From the NCBI GenBank assembly GCA_018060545.1, contig JAGOVW010000002.1, forward strand, positions 141 through 64,140: a DNA stretch of 64,000 nucleotides, read 5' to 3'. This DNA is from Minisyncoccota bacterium (GTDB taxonomy: Bacteria > Patescibacteriota > Minisyncoccia > Phycocordibacterales > UBA2100). The notes beneath the pieces are model-generated. The model saw only the letters and a program-made list of their open reading frames with translations, ran no database searches and was not told the DNA's origin. Of the stretch, positions 7,922 to 17,847 are shown piece after piece; positions within the stretch are counted from its first letter, which is position 1; each line of letters begins with the position of its first letter. A program made the position numbers and the translations under genes.

Positions 7922-8959
7922 CTATTCCGTCACAGTGTTTCCGAGAGTGGGGGATGCATCACAGGTCAGATGCTTACTGCCGGCAAGTGTTTTGATCCAG
8001 CATTCTGACGGTGCAGGGATAGTGGCAGAGCGATACTGTTCGAGCGCCCCGCGCTCGCACGTCGCTGCGTCTATTGCGTCTTCATCCGCGATGCGGGAGC
8101 ACAGTGTGTGCGTTTTGTCTGCGGAAAATGCCACTGCTTGTACCGCCTGTGAGCCTGCACCCAAAAAGCAGCCAGTTCGCACGAGTGCATGTGTGCTCGT
8201 GCGGCAATGGGTGCCAAGGGTAGCAAAGCGAGCATCTTCATCGCGCGATGTGTCTTGATCCAGTAGCCACTGCGGGGTGGCAAATCCACACGTTGCCGCT
8301 GGCACATCATCCATCCCCTCACAGAGTGCAAGGGGTGCTTCGGTGTCTGCTGGTAGTGGTGCGCGCGCCAAGTGTTCCCAATAGCGCGTGTAGTACTCCA
8401 TGAAGGCGCCCCACATACAGCCACTCAGACTATCTGCATACGTACTTTGAGGAAGCGCCTCACATGCGTCGAGTGCGTTCTTGAGCGCTGCTTCTGTGTA
8501 TCCAAAATGTGCAACGAGGCCATGCCCTAATCCGTGCTGGCATTGCTTGGTGAATCGTCCCTTGGAGAGACACCACTCATTTAGCTCGTGTGCTGCTTCT
8601 GGACCATCCTGAAGTATCGCGCGCGCTACAAATCCATGCTGGCATGCGTAGCGAAACTCTTCGCCACAGGTTTCGATACCAGCGCTACCCATTGCATCAT
8701 AGAGCGCGCGGCCAAATACACGTGCATCGTAGAATTGTGTGTTCGCGCTTTCTCCTGAAACCGATTCTCGAAATGCCTGATACGCCTCGGGCGCTCCATC
8801 GGTCGTGATGCGCTCTCTCCAGGTGGCGTAGAGTGCTTGCTCACGTTCAGATTCCTGGGGTGCCGCGTAATACGTACGGGCAAGGGCGATGCCACCGCCC
8901 ACGATGATGCCGACTGCGGCGAGGGCAAGTACGCGCGTAAGCAGTGGTCGCGGCATCAT
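7922..8959 (-). CDS. Cys-rich secreted protein, unknown function
   Basis: 345 aa. N-terminal signal/TM (LALAAVGIIVGGGIALA) and many conserved-looking Cys. Confidence 0.5.
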   Translation of the reverse strand: MMPRPLLTRVLALAAVGIIVGGGIALARTYYAAPQESEREQALYATWRERITTDGAPEAYQAFRESVSGESANTQFYDARVFGRALYDAMGSAGIETCGEEFRYACQHGFVARAILQDGPEAAHELNEWCLSKGRFTKQCQHGLGHGLVAHFGYTEAALKNALDACEALPQSTYADSLSGCMWGAFMEYYTRYWEHLARAPLPADTEAPLALCEGMDDVPAATCGFATPQWLLDQDTSRDEDARFATLGTHCRTSTHALVRTGCFLGAGSQAVQAVAFSADKTHTLCSRIADEDAIDAATCERGALEQYRSATIPAPSECWIKTLAGSKHLTCDASPTLGNTVTE

Positions 8960-9153
8960 GAAAGAATAGTGTAGTCAGGTCCTTCAGGAATCAGGATCCA
9001 CAACACAATATAGATAAACAGAGCGGATGGTGGCAGTGGAATCAATATCACAAACAAAAGGCGCACGAGCCACACGGGAATATCGAAACGACGAGCGAGG
9101 CCTGAGGCGACACCAGCGATGATGCGATCGTTCTTGGGGCGATTCAGTGACAT
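8956..9153 (-). CDS. PspC-domain membrane protein
   Basis: RIIAGVASGLARRFDIPVWLVRLLFVILIPLP matches the PspC N-terminal domain. Start moved to MSLNRPK. Confidence 0.55.
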   Translation of the reverse strand: MSLNRPKNDRIIAGVASGLARRFDIPVWLVRLLFVILIPLPPSALFIYIVLWILIPEGPDYTILS

Positions 9154-9188
9154 ACAGCGACTATACACTGCGGTATATATTTTGGAAA

Positions 9189-9629
9189 TTACCAGGTCCC
9201 TGTGTTTGGCAGGGATTGCCATGGCTCTGCCGCAGGAAGAGCGTCACCAATCTGCAATAGCTCGATTGATATGCCATCTGGCGATTTAATGAATGCCATT
9301 CTGCCATCGCGTGGTGGGCGGCTGATGGTGATACCTTTTTCTTGAAGCGCCGCACAGTATTCGTATATGTTGTCTACCGCATAACACAGGTGGCCGAAAT
9401 TTCTGCCTCCGGTGTATGCTTCGGGATCCCAGTTGTAGGTGAGCTCGAGAAGTGGTGCTTTGCGCTCGCTCATGTCCACGTCATCACCGGGTGCCTTTAA
9501 AAACACATTCGTGTAGCGGCCCTTTTCATCGTCACGTCGCGATACTTCCACGAGGCCCAGGGTGGTGCAGTAAAAATGCAAAGCACTTTCTAAATCTGAC
9601 ACGCGAACCATGGTGTGGAGGTAGTGCAT
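9189..9629 (-). CDS. VOC/glyoxalase I family protein (lactoylglutathione lyase-like)
   Basis: [26 protein letters not shown]...[21 protein letters not shown], the glyoxalase fold signature. Confidence 0.7.
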   Translation of the reverse strand: MHYLHTMVRVSDLESALHFYCTTLGLVEVSRRDDEKGRYTNVFLKAPGDDVDMSERKAPLLELTYNWDPEAYTGGRNFGHLCYAVDNIYEYCAALQEKGITISRPPRDGRMAFIKSPDGISIELLQIGDALPAAEPWQSLPNTGTW

Positions 9630-9666
9630 GGATAAAATGTAGCACAGCAGGGGCTATACTGTTGGT

Positions 9667-10062
9667 ATGGGGAATGCAGAAGAGAAGGTGCAGACTATCT
9701 ACTACGATGGCAGCTGCCCACTGTGTTCGGTGTTTGCAGATACCGTGGCTACATCGAGCAAAAAAGAAGGGGTGGTATTGAAAGACATCACCAGGGATCC
9801 ACTGCCGGCAGATTTCAGTATGGATGCGGTGCAGAAAGAAATGCATGTGGTGGGGAAGGATGGCGTGGTCTATAAGAATGCTGATGCAATTCTCGAAGTG
9901 CTCTCGCAGTATCCGCTGTGGCGGCCAATCGTGTGGCTGGGGCGGTTGCCGGGCATGCGAGCACTCTTGCCGTATGGATACAACGCACTCGCGCGAAATC
10001 GCCATGCGATTTCGCGCCTCCTGCACGTGACACATAAAGGAACACCGTCACGCGAAGCATAA
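9667..10062 (+). CDS. DCC-family thiol-disulfide oxidoreductase (DUF393)
   Basis: YYDGSCPLCS motif near the N-terminus. Confidence 0.6.
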   Translation: MGNAEEKVQTIYYDGSCPLCSVFADTVATSSKKEGVVLKDITRDPLPADFSMDAVQKEMHVVGKDGVVYKNADAILEVLSQYPLWRPIVWLGRLPGMRALLPYGYNALARNRHAISRLLHVTHKGTPSREA

Positions 10063-10089
10063 CGGTGTTGTAACTGGTTGTGTGAATCA

Positions 10090-10455
10090 TCATATCCAGC
10101 GTGGCTGGATAGTGGTCTTGCCGCTGAAGTCATCAATGCGTTCAAAGCGCACATACTGGATGGCGTTTGCTCGAAGACCGCGCAGTAGGATTTCATCCGT
10201 AAGCCGGCCCGATGCCGCATGCTCCATCATGTCGTGCAGGGTCAGATGGTGTACTTCAAGTGGTGGACCCACGGGATCACCTGCTTCCTCCACCCAGGTA
10301 AATGAAAAAGGCTTGTTCGCGCGGAAGCGACATTGCCGCTCACACCACATCATGAAGCGAGCAAACCGACTCGCCTGATATTGGGTGCACAGTTCATTGA
10401 TAAGCTCTTTCTGCTCGGTATATGCTTTGAGGCTCGTATCTGCTGAGGCGATCAT
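10090..10455 (-). CDS. Hypothetical protein
   Basis: ORF with no motif recognised. Start chosen at MIASADTSLKAY. Confidence 0.3.
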   Translation of the reverse strand: MIASADTSLKAYTEQKELINELCTQYQASRFARFMMWCERQCRFRANKPFSFTWVEEAGDPVGPPLEVHHLTLHDMMEHAASGRLTDEILLRGLRANAIQYVRFERIDDFSGKTTIQPRWI

Positions 10456-10522
10456 GATGCATCTCCACATCTGTTCCTGCCCGCACCGTAGCATGCGGCA
10501 CTACGGTACGCGAGGATAGGGG

Positions 10523-10939
10523 CTACTGAGCGATGCTCTCCGCGTGTTTCTTGAAGTTATCCAAAATGGATTGCCAGCCGGCGCGCTGCATGTCTTCGGG
10601 ATTCTCGTTTTCGGGATCGAATGTTTCGATGATGTGGGTACCTTCTGGTGTTTCAGTAAACGTAATATCAACGGTGCGGCCATCGCTCATGGAGTAGGCA
10701 AGGTGCTCGTGTAGGGCAACCGCTGAATAGGTACCGCCAAAGTCGAATCCTGCGGAGCCATCTTTTGCGGCCATACGGGTGCTGAACGAGCCGCCAATGC
10801 TTACATCATTTGTTGCGCTCGGGCATTCCCAATCGTCCGAGGCAAAGCACCACTGTGTAATGTGTTCTGGCTCGGTCCAGGCACTCCATACGGTATCCAG
10901 AGGTGCGTGAACGGTGGTTTCTACAGTGATAGCGGTCAT
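10523..10939 (-). CDS. SRPBCC (AHSA1/START-like) domain protein
   Basis: MTAITVETTVHAPLDTVWSAWTEPEHITQW resembles the Aha1/polyketide-cyclase superfamily. Start moved to this Met. Confidence 0.55.
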   Translation of the reverse strand: MTAITVETTVHAPLDTVWSAWTEPEHITQWCFASDDWECPSATNDVSIGGSFSTRMAAKDGSAGFDFGGTYSAVALHEHLAYSMSDGRTVDITFTETPEGTHIIETFDPENENPEDMQRAGWQSILDNFKKHAESIAQ

Positions 10940-11015
10940 AGATGCAACATATACGAATATGGGTGCAGTGTAGCAAATTCTATCTCGGGCGCTGCTAATG
11001 ATACAATCACGCCAT

Positions 11016-11894
11016 ATGAAAAAAATTGTCCCACACCTGTGGTTTGATACGGAAGCCGTTGAAGCAACAGCATTGTATACCTCTCTTTTTCCAGACTCTG
11101 CGGTGACCCACGTATCCCAGATTAAAGACACTCCCTCGGGAGATTGCGACGTAGTTTCTTTTACGCTTGCCGGCGAATCGTTTATGGCCATCAGCGCTGG
11201 ACCCTATTTCAAAATGAATCCATCGATATCGCTGTTTGTAGTGTGTGATAACGAAGCAGAAATCGAAGCGGTGTGGAACAAGCTCATTGATGGAGGGAAG
11301 GCGTTGATACCACTCGATACCTATCCATGGGCACAAAAGTATGGATGGTTGCAAGACAGGTTCGGTCTTTCATGGCAACTCTCGGTGAGCGAACATCATC
11401 AAATGGCTCAGAAAATTACGCCACAGCTGATGTTCACGAAAGACAAAGCAGGCAAAGCGAAAGACGCGATTGCCGCATATACCGCTCTGTTTCCCAATTC
11501 ATCCGCCGATATGCAGGTGCCGTATGAGAAAGGCGAGGGTGACGTCGAAGGCTATCTGAAACACGCGCGCTTCACGCTGAATGGGCAACACTTTCTTGCC
11601 ATGGATAGCTCGGGGCCGCACGAGTTTACGTTTAACGAGGGAGTTTCGTTGATCGTACAGTGCGACACACAGGAAGAAATTGATCGATACTGGGCAGCGC
11701 TCTCTGCAGTACCAGAATCTGAAGAGTGCGGCTGGCTCAAGGATCAATTTGGCGTGTCCTGGCAGATTGTGCCAACAGTCATGAACGACATGATGGAGAA
11801 GGGCACACCCGAGCAGAAAGCACGCGTCACCCAAGCGTTCTTGAAAATGAAAAAGTTCGACATCAAAACACTTGAAGCCGCATTTGCAGGCTAG
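11016..11894 (+). CDS. Tandem PhnB-like (3-demethylubiquinone-9 3-methyltransferase fold, glyoxalase superfamily) two-domain protein
   Basis: Two repeats of about 140 aa, each with a PhnB-like signature (KIVPHLWFD..., ITPQLMFTKD...GWLKDQFGVSWQI). Confidence 0.55.
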   Translation: MKKIVPHLWFDTEAVEATALYTSLFPDSAVTHVSQIKDTPSGDCDVVSFTLAGESFMAISAGPYFKMNPSISLFVVCDNEAEIEAVWNKLIDGGKALIPLDTYPWAQKYGWLQDRFGLSWQLSVSEHHQMAQKITPQLMFTKDKAGKAKDAIAAYTALFPNSSADMQVPYEKGEGDVEGYLKHARFTLNGQHFLAMDSSGPHEFTFNEGVSLIVQCDTQEEIDRYWAALSAVPESEECGWLKDQFGVSWQIVPTVMNDMMEKGTPEQKARVTQAFLKMKKFDIKTLEAAFAG

Positions 11895-11896
11895 AG

Positions 11897-12439
11897 ATGG
11901 ATCGTATGCAATACGTTGCGCTCTTGCGCGGTATTAATGTGGGAGGAAACAACAAAGTCGCCATGAGCGAACTGAAGAAAGTGTGCGAAGACCTCGGCTT
12001 TGCCGAGGTGCGCACCTACATCAACAGCGGGAATGTGATGTTTTCGGCGCCCAAAAAATCACCGCGCGTGCTGGCCGACACCATCGAAAAGGAGCTGCAT
12101 AAAGCGTTTGGTTTTCCTATTCGCACGGTGGTGCGCGATGCGGCGAGCATACAAGCGCTCGCCAAGGCACTTCCTGGTGCCTGGGCCAACGATACCGAGC
12201 AGAGGACGGATGTGCTTTTTCTGTGGGACGATTACGATTCAAAAAAGACACTCGCTCTTATCAAACAGACTCCCTCGGTGGACACGTTGCAGTACATGCC
12301 AGGCGCTATCGTGTGGCACGTGAAAAGAAAAGACATCAACAAAAGCGGCATGCGTGATTTCATTGGTACGGAGGTATACAAACACATGACCGCCCGTAAT
12401 GTGAATACAGTGCGGAAGATTGCCACACTGCTTGCGTGA
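11897..12439 (+). CDS. DUF1697 family protein
   Basis: MQYVALLRGINVGGNNKVAMSELKKVCEDLGF matches the DUF1697 N-terminus. Confidence 0.5.
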   Translation: MDRMQYVALLRGINVGGNNKVAMSELKKVCEDLGFAEVRTYINSGNVMFSAPKKSPRVLADTIEKELHKAFGFPIRTVVRDAASIQALAKALPGAWANDTEQRTDVLFLWDDYDSKKTLALIKQTPSVDTLQYMPGAIVWHVKRKDINKSGMRDFIGTEVYKHMTARNVNTVRKIATLLA

Positions 12440-12452
12440 CGCTACGCACGGT

Positions 12453-12941
12453 TTACCTAAGTGTTTTGGCAATCTGCCGTGCTTCCTTCAACGAGGGGAC
12501 GTTGTACTGCGCACGTTCCTTGTCCGTGGTTGTTTTGTCGTAAGGGTAGAGCTCAAAAATGGTGCGTACGGTATCACCTTCACCTGCAACATGTCGCTGC
12601 GTATATTGCGTACCGTACTTCTGCTTCTTGTTTTTCCGCATGAGTAGGCGATCGGTGGCGGCGGCATAGAGCCATTTTGCTCGTTCATCGCCCAGCGCGA
12701 TGCTTTTCCTGGCCAACTTTTGAGCCATGGCGTTTCCTGATAATTCGATAGCGTGCTGAAAGATCATAGCTGCATGGAAATAGTCGGCAGCCGTACATAC
12801 CAAGCCATTATCAAGGAGTATCTTCGCTTTGTTCTGGCGCAACTCGTCGCGCCTGCCTACGTGGCGCCAGTCAATAGTTTTATGCTTTCGGTCACTCTGG
12901 TCCGCCTCGTATAGAGCTCGCAGTGTGCGATTGTCCTTCAT
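12453..12941 (-). CDS. Hypothetical protein
   Basis: 162-aa ORF with no motif recognised. Confidence 0.4.
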   Translation of the reverse strand: MKDNRTLRALYEADQSDRKHKTIDWRHVGRRDELRQNKAKILLDNGLVCTAADYFHAAMIFQHAIELSGNAMAQKLARKSIALGDERAKWLYAAATDRLLMRKNKKQKYGTQYTQRHVAGEGDTVRTIFELYPYDKTTTDKERAQYNVPSLKEARQIAKTLR

Positions 12942-13060
12942 ATGCTGACAGTACTCTTGAAATGACCGCTGCGCCAGGCTGCTACCTGTGGTTGCGGATG
13001 CTGTGCGGATGCAGATTTGCCGCGTGATTTTGACTCAGAGTTCCTGCGCAATCTACCGTC

Positions 13061-13951
13061 TCATGCACCACGTACTTTTGAATACTTGTAGTGTTTCAAA
13101 TACGCGACGATGATGAAGCTTATGATGACCATCAGGAACCAGGAGGTGATTTTGTTCATAGAGACCACATTCCATACGTGCACCTGATCCGGGTACTGCC
13201 AGGCACCGAGGAATGTCGAGATGTTTTCAGCTATCCAAATGAAGAATGCGGTGAGGATGAAGCCCACGTTGAGGGGCATCCACCTACGTATGCCGGGAAT
13301 GACGGTAAAGTGCACGCGAGTTTTCCAGTAGAGTGCAAAAATGATGGCGATAAGAAAGTACCGAACGTCGTAGACGAAGTGATTCGTGAAAAAGTTGATG
13401 TATATCGCCGCGCCCAGAATGACGCTCCATATATAGGGCGGGAAGCCGGAGATTTCCATATCAAGGATGCGCCACGCTTGAGCGATGTAGCTTCCCACGG
13501 CAGCGTACATAAATCCGGAAAAGAGTGGCACGGTGGCAATTTTGAAAAATGCTTCTTCAGGGTAGCTCCAGGAACCAACGGAAGGGTGTGTTTTGAAAAG
13601 CTCTAAACACAGCCCAATGATGTGAAAGAGGAAAATAGTTTTCACTTCGTCCCAGGTTTCTATTTTCGTGAAGTACAAAATGATTTGCAGCAGGATGGCC
13701 GATATGAAGAGGAAGTCGTACCGAGGAATGCCAAAGAGTGGGATATGGCTGGAAATAAAAAGGAGGGCGAAGAACGAGCCCGCAAAAATACACGCACGGG
13801 CCTCTTTGATGCCAAAGAGGAACAATTCCTTGAGGTAGGGCATGAGGGAGGGGAGGAACATCACTCCACGATACCCTCCACTACCATGTGCGTCCATCCA
13901 TTTGACTGTTTGTTTTTTGAAACGTACAGTGCAGCCGGTACGAAATTTCAA
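13061..13951 (-). CDS. Polytopic integral membrane protein (DUF817-like)
   Basis: 296 aa with 7-8 predicted TM helices. Confidence 0.45.
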   Translation of the reverse strand: MKFRTGCTVRFKKQTVKWMDAHGSGGYRGVMFLPSLMPYLKELFLFGIKEARACIFAGSFFALLFISSHIPLFGIPRYDFLFISAILLQIILYFTKIETWDEVKTIFLFHIIGLCLELFKTHPSVGSWSYPEEAFFKIATVPLFSGFMYAAVGSYIAQAWRILDMEISGFPPYIWSVILGAAIYINFFTNHFVYDVRYFLIAIIFALYWKTRVHFTVIPGIRRWMPLNVGFILTAFFIWIAENISTFLGAWQYPDQVHVWNVVSMNKITSWFLMVIISFIIVAYLKHYKYSKVRGA

Positions 13952-13963
13952 CGGGAGGTACTG

Positions 13964-14239
13964 ATGGACAAAGCGACACTCGAAAAACTACGCAGACGCA
14001 ATACTGCCTTCATGAAGCGGTGCAAGAGCGGCAACGTGCGGAGCAAGGAGTCGGTTCGTGCAAGCCATTGGGTTGCAAACCTGCCGCCCAATGATCTGGA
14101 AGCCTTGAAGAGCCTCATTTTCAACTACGATGCGTGGACGCCAGAGACTGACCTGCGAGACACCAAAAGTGCAGGCATCGTGCAGTTCAAAGGGCACTAC
14201 GTGATCTGGGTCATCCGAGAAATGGATGTAACCCCCTGA
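13964..14239 (+). CDS. Small hypothetical protein
   Basis: Start MDKATLEKL, preceded by GGGAGG. Confidence 0.4.
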   Translation: MDKATLEKLRRRNTAFMKRCKSGNVRSKESVRASHWVANLPPNDLEALKSLIFNYDAWTPETDLRDTKSAGIVQFKGHYVIWVIREMDVTP

Positions 14240-14407
14240 AGGCATCCTGATGCTTCATCCACTGATTGAGCTCGTGCTTATGATTAAGCACTCTGCCGAA
14301 ATCTGACGGCGAACAATGTTTTCGAAGGCCCTGCGCACATTGCGTGGGGCCTCTCTTATTAATGAGAACCTTCCACGCGTACTCTCTACACATGCTACGA
14401 TATTTAC

Positions 14408-14980
14408 ATGGAAGCGGTGGTGTACCTCGCAGAGCAGAACAAGGCACTGGTCACTATTTTTCACGTCTTTTTCGTGGTGGTAGGGATGGGCAGTGCGCTC
14501 GTTACTGATCTTCTGTTTGTGTATTTTGCGTTAAACAAAACGCTGGCACCATTTGAAACGAAAGTTATACGATTACTTTCGCGCGCGGTTACTTTTGCAC
14601 TGTGCGGCATACTGCTGAGTGGATTCTTTCTATTTCTGTCTGATACAGAACGGTACCTCGGCTCTGCAAAGTTCCTCACCAAAATGACGGTGGTCGCGAT
14701 TTTAGTGGTAAATGGATTTCTTTTGCACACATTGGTTTTCAAACACCTGAGTGACCAGGGATACCTCAACAAAGCTGCTAATAGGAGTAATCGGCGAAAG
14801 GCATTCCTCTTGGGCGCCATATCTTTTGTTTCGTGGGTATCCGCGATGTCTTTGGGAGTACTCGACAAAATTCCGGTGTCGTATGCAACAGCGCTATCAA
14901 TTTACCTTGCTATCTTGGGATGTGGTGCGCTCGTTTCCCAGGTGCTCCACGGGATGTACGAAAAATTGCGACGAAAATAG
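14408..14980 (+). CDS. Integral membrane protein, unknown function
   Basis: 190 aa with 4-5 TM helices. Confidence 0.45.
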   Translation: MEAVVYLAEQNKALVTIFHVFFVVVGMGSALVTDLLFVYFALNKTLAPFETKVIRLLSRAVTFALCGILLSGFFLFLSDTERYLGSAKFLTKMTVVAILVVNGFLLHTLVFKHLSDQGYLNKAANRSNRRKAFLLGAISFVSWVSAMSLGVLDKIPVSYATALSIYLAILGCGALVSQVLHGMYEKLRRK

Positions 14981-14993
14981 TCGTCCCGCTTGT

Positions 14994-15335
14994 TTACACT
15001 GCAATAGCAAGCGCAATCAGAAATACGAGCGCGACACCAATCGCAAATATGCCGACGGTGCGAATGAAAAGCTCACCGGCTTCTACGTGCTCGCCCTTCA
15101 AGAGCATCACCACGGGCTGATAGAAAAAGATGTAGGCCATCACGGACACAGAGAGCACCAAGAGCGAGAGCATCCCAATCGGGATAAAAATGCTTTCTTC
15201 AGGGGTGGGAATTATCTTCGGTGTAACAAAAATCAGCGACACAATACCTACGATGTAGCCCAATGCGGCGAGTGCGTTGTAGAGAGGGCTGCGGGACATG
15301 GGAGAAGTATAGGGTGGGGCAGTGGGAGAGTCCAT
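14994..15335 (-). CDS. Small membrane protein
   Basis: 113-aa ORF with 3 TM helices. Confidence 0.4.
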   Translation of the reverse strand: MDSPTAPPYTSPMSRSPLYNALAALGYIVGIVSLIFVTPKIIPTPEESIFIPIGMLSLLVLSVSVMAYIFFYQPVVMLLKGEHVEAGELFIRTVGIFAIGVALVFLIALAIAV

Positions 15336-15393
15336 GGAGGCTCCCGTGATGCCATATAATGATTGTGTACGTCAGTGCAACAGAACTCGACAC

Positions 15394-16059
15394 ATGACCA
15401 TCGTGAATCAAAACTCGGCTCGAAATGCGTTCAACGCTATTTTTCCAACGCCATCTCCGGCGGATGTGGCGATATTCCTGTTTTTGCTCACGCTGGTGAT
15501 GGCGACATATATTCCCACAGTACTTTCGTGCGTTGCCGAAGGTTGCCTTGCCCTAAGTATTCGCGAAGAAACGGTGCCGCTCGCTGATGTTGCGCATATG
15601 GTAGTGACTCTCCCAATCTTGTCGCTCGCCGCCATCTCTTTCGTGGGGGCGATATACGCCATCCTTCTGGGAAAATTGTCCCTTACCACACAACTCAGTC
15701 CAACGTTTCGCATCCACGGGTTTTCGTACCTGCTGTACATCATCAGTGTGATCGGGGCGCAATACAGTGTGGGAGATGTGTCGCTGTGGCTCGTCTTCGC
15801 ACTTCCTGTATGTATGTATGGATTTCTCTTTCTCAATCGCTTTGCGCAGCTGCATGATCTTAACCCACGAAATGAATATGGGGTTATCCGGCCACTATTC
15901 GTACTCCTGAGTACGATATTGGCTGCGGGATTGTTTGCGTACTACGCATACCTCCTGGAACAGCATCCAATACTAGCGCTTGCGAATGCGTACGGCACGT
16001 ACATTCTTCTGAGCATTCCGTATCGCATGTTTATTACGCCAATCAAGCGAGGAAAGTAG
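15394..16059 (+). CDS. Integral membrane protein, unknown function
   Basis: Start moved to MTIVNQ to avoid overlap with the convergent membrane ORF. Multiple TM helices. Confidence 0.4.
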   Translation: MTIVNQNSARNAFNAIFPTPSPADVAIFLFLLTLVMATYIPTVLSCVAEGCLALSIREETVPLADVAHMVVTLPILSLAAISFVGAIYAILLGKLSLTTQLSPTFRIHGFSYLLYIISVIGAQYSVGDVSLWLVFALPVCMYGFLFLNRFAQLHDLNPRNEYGVIRPLFVLLSTILAAGLFAYYAYLLEQHPILALANAYGTYILLSIPYRMFITPIKRGK

Positions 16060-16127
16060 CTAAGGGTAGGGATCTAGCACTCGCTATCGAAGTAACCTTT
16101 CGACCGTCAAAATATAATCGCTGATGC

Positions 16128-16721
16128 TTACGGCAAGTTCACAGTGTTCTCCTTAAGCACATCTATGCTTGCATAAAAATATGCTTGAATGCCTAACTTC
16201 CTAGCATTGTCTATATTCTTCTGACTGTCACAGAAAAACATAATCTCTTCGGAGGCTAGGTTTAGTTCCTTGGAAACATGGTCCCAATATCCTTGTTCCC
16301 ATTCATCATAACCAATATCACAAGTGCAGAATGTCCCTTCAAAGTAATCTTTTAGGCCAACCACATTTAGTAAATATTCTTTTCTATACTTTTCCTGGCG
16401 GGTGGCAATATAACACCTCACTCCTTTCTCACTTAGCTCACGTACTAGCTTCAATACTTCTTTGTCTGTATTACTTTCACCTTCAAACCAGTAATTCAAA
16501 AAATCATCAACTGTGCCTACATAACCCCATTTTGCTAAATATGGTGCAATTTTCTCTCTCAGGTCAGCTCTTCCAAATGAACATTCTCTAAAATCGTTAG
16601 CAAAAAACTCGGATACTTGCTCATATGGAATATTCATTTCTTCTGAAATACGCTGACTGAAGAGCTTGCCGTTTCCAATTATTACCAGCCCATCAAGATC
16701 AAAGAGTATTGCTTTTGTCAT
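16128..16721 (-). CDS. HAD-superfamily hydrolase
   Basis: MTKAILFDLDGLVI (motif I DxDG). Start moved off the tRNA-Ser gene. Confidence 0.65.
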   Translation of the reverse strand: MTKAILFDLDGLVIIGNGKLFSQRISEEMNIPYEQVSEFFANDFRECSFGRADLREKIAPYLAKWGYVGTVDDFLNYWFEGESNTDKEVLKLVRELSEKGVRCYIATRQEKYRKEYLLNVVGLKDYFEGTFCTCDIGYDEWEQGYWDHVSKELNLASEEIMFFCDSQKNIDNARKLGIQAYFYASIDVLKENTVNLP

Positions 16722-16738
16722 ACTGTGATTGAACTTTG

Positions 16739-16825
16739 CGGAGAGGGAGGGATTCGAACCCTCGAGAATCTTTCGACTCTGCCGGTTTTCGAAACCGGTG
16801 CTTTCGACCACTCAGCCACCTCTCC
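16739..16825 (-). tRNA. tRNA-Ser (anticodon CGA), class II long variable arm
   Basis: ggagaggtggctgagtggtcgaaagcaccggtttCGAaaaccggcagagtcgaaagattctcgagggttcgaatccctccctctccg. Anticodon loop ttCGAaa, long variable arm. Confidence 0.8.
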
Positions 16826-16924
16826 GTGGACCTACATATTACTCGAAATCTTGGAGTTTGCAGGTGTTGGCGTATCAATCACTAATTCGTCCATCTGCTT
16901 GGTTTCTCGCAGGGACTCATGGAG

Positions 16925-16941
16925 CACTCAGCCACCTCTCC
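16925..16941. repeat. 17-bp direct copy of the tRNA-Ser 5' end (cactcagccacctctcc)
   Basis: Identical to 16809-16825. Lies about 100 bp upstream of the tRNA in tRNA orientation. Confidence 0.6.
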
Positions 16942-17027
16942 TGGTGACAAACGACGAGACTATACCACAAATACACCGCATTGGCTTTATTTTTTCACCA
17001 AAAATGCTACACTCGCCCTGTTCGGAC

Positions 17028-17099
17028 GGCCCTATCGTCTAATGGTTAGGACAGCGGCTTTTCAAGCCGTTAATCCGGGTTCAATTCCCGGTAGGGTCA
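17028..17099 (+). tRNA. tRNA-Glu (anticodon TTC)
   Basis: ggccctatcgtctaatggttaggacagcggctttTTCaagccgttaatccgggttcaattcccggtagggtca. Clean cloverleaf. Confidence 0.8.
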
Positions 17100-17283
17100 C
17101 AAAATTAAGTAGGGCAAAGCGAAGCTTTGGGCGACTATACATTTTGTAAGGTCGACCAGGAATTGAAGGCCGGAGGGGCGGGACCCATCAGCAGATGGGA
17201 CGCCGAGGCAGGGTCGTGGAATTTTAAGATGCGACGGCATCTTAGAGTATCCCTGACCAATTCTCGCTAGAGTCACAAATCGA
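17100..17283 (+). ncRNA. Candidate structured RNA or processing cassette between tRNA-Glu and a terminator; identity unknown
   Basis: No ORF. Internal hairpins (cccatcagcagatggg; taagatgcgacggcatctta). Bounded by tagggtcacaaaat (tRNA-Glu 3' end plus trailer) and a degenerate copy tagagtcacaaatc at about 17267-17283. Confidence 0.2.
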
Positions 17284-17313
17284 CAAAAGGAAGTGGACTG
17301 CTCCACTTCCTTT
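17284..17313 (+). terminator. Intrinsic terminator hairpin (aaaaggaagtggactgctccacttcctttt)
   Basis: 11-bp stem flanked by A- and T-runs. Bidirectional. Confidence 0.5.
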
Positions 17314-17631
17314 TGCGTTTTGTGAAGACGGAGCCATGTTTCGTTAGCAAACGAAACGGGCGAGTCCGGCGTAGATTTTGCTAGGAGCGCAGCGAGTTAG
17401 AAAATCAAATGCAGAGCTGCTGGAAAATTCACGTTTGACGAAACGTGAATTATTGTGGCCCACGTGGATCAGTACACGCAGTGATCAACATTCGTGCATA
17501 GACTTCGATTCTAATTATGCCCTGTCCCCTTATGGCCTGAATTAGCAAAGAAATGACACATACTCTCACTTTGTGTGGGCATAGCGAATCAAATCTTCAT
17601 GAGAAGGAAGCTTGATTCCAAGCAGACTAGG

Positions 17632-17829
17632 CTAGACTTTGGGATTAGGACGCGGATTATCTTGCTGTTGCGGTTCAGCAAATCCTGAAAAGAGAGTTTC
17701 TATGTAGGCCGCCATTGTTTCTGAAACAGGATGAATCTTTCTCGCGGGAGTTAGCAAATCCTTACCCTCTCTCAACATGTTACTCGAGCTATTAGAATCA
17801 CTCCTCTCAATCTCCAAAAATGAAGGCAT
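17632..17829 (-). CDS. Small ORF (65 aa) immediately downstream of the protease-like gene; doubtful
   Basis: Co-directional and AT-rich, with no motif. Confidence 0.15.
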   Translation of the reverse strand: MPSFLEIERSDSNSSSNMLREGKDLLTPARKIHPVSETMAAYIETLFSGFAEPQQQDNPRPNPKV

Positions 17830-17847
17830 AGTGTCTACTTTATACCT

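Noticed and set aside
17100-17315. Calling the segment after tRNA-Glu an SRP (4.5S) RNA or tmRNA
   Set aside because: It bears only a loose resemblance (ccgaggcag) to the SRP domain IV consensus AGGUCCGGAAGGAAGCAGCCAAGGCAG. There is no tRNA-like 3' end and no tag ORF. It is left as an unknown candidate.
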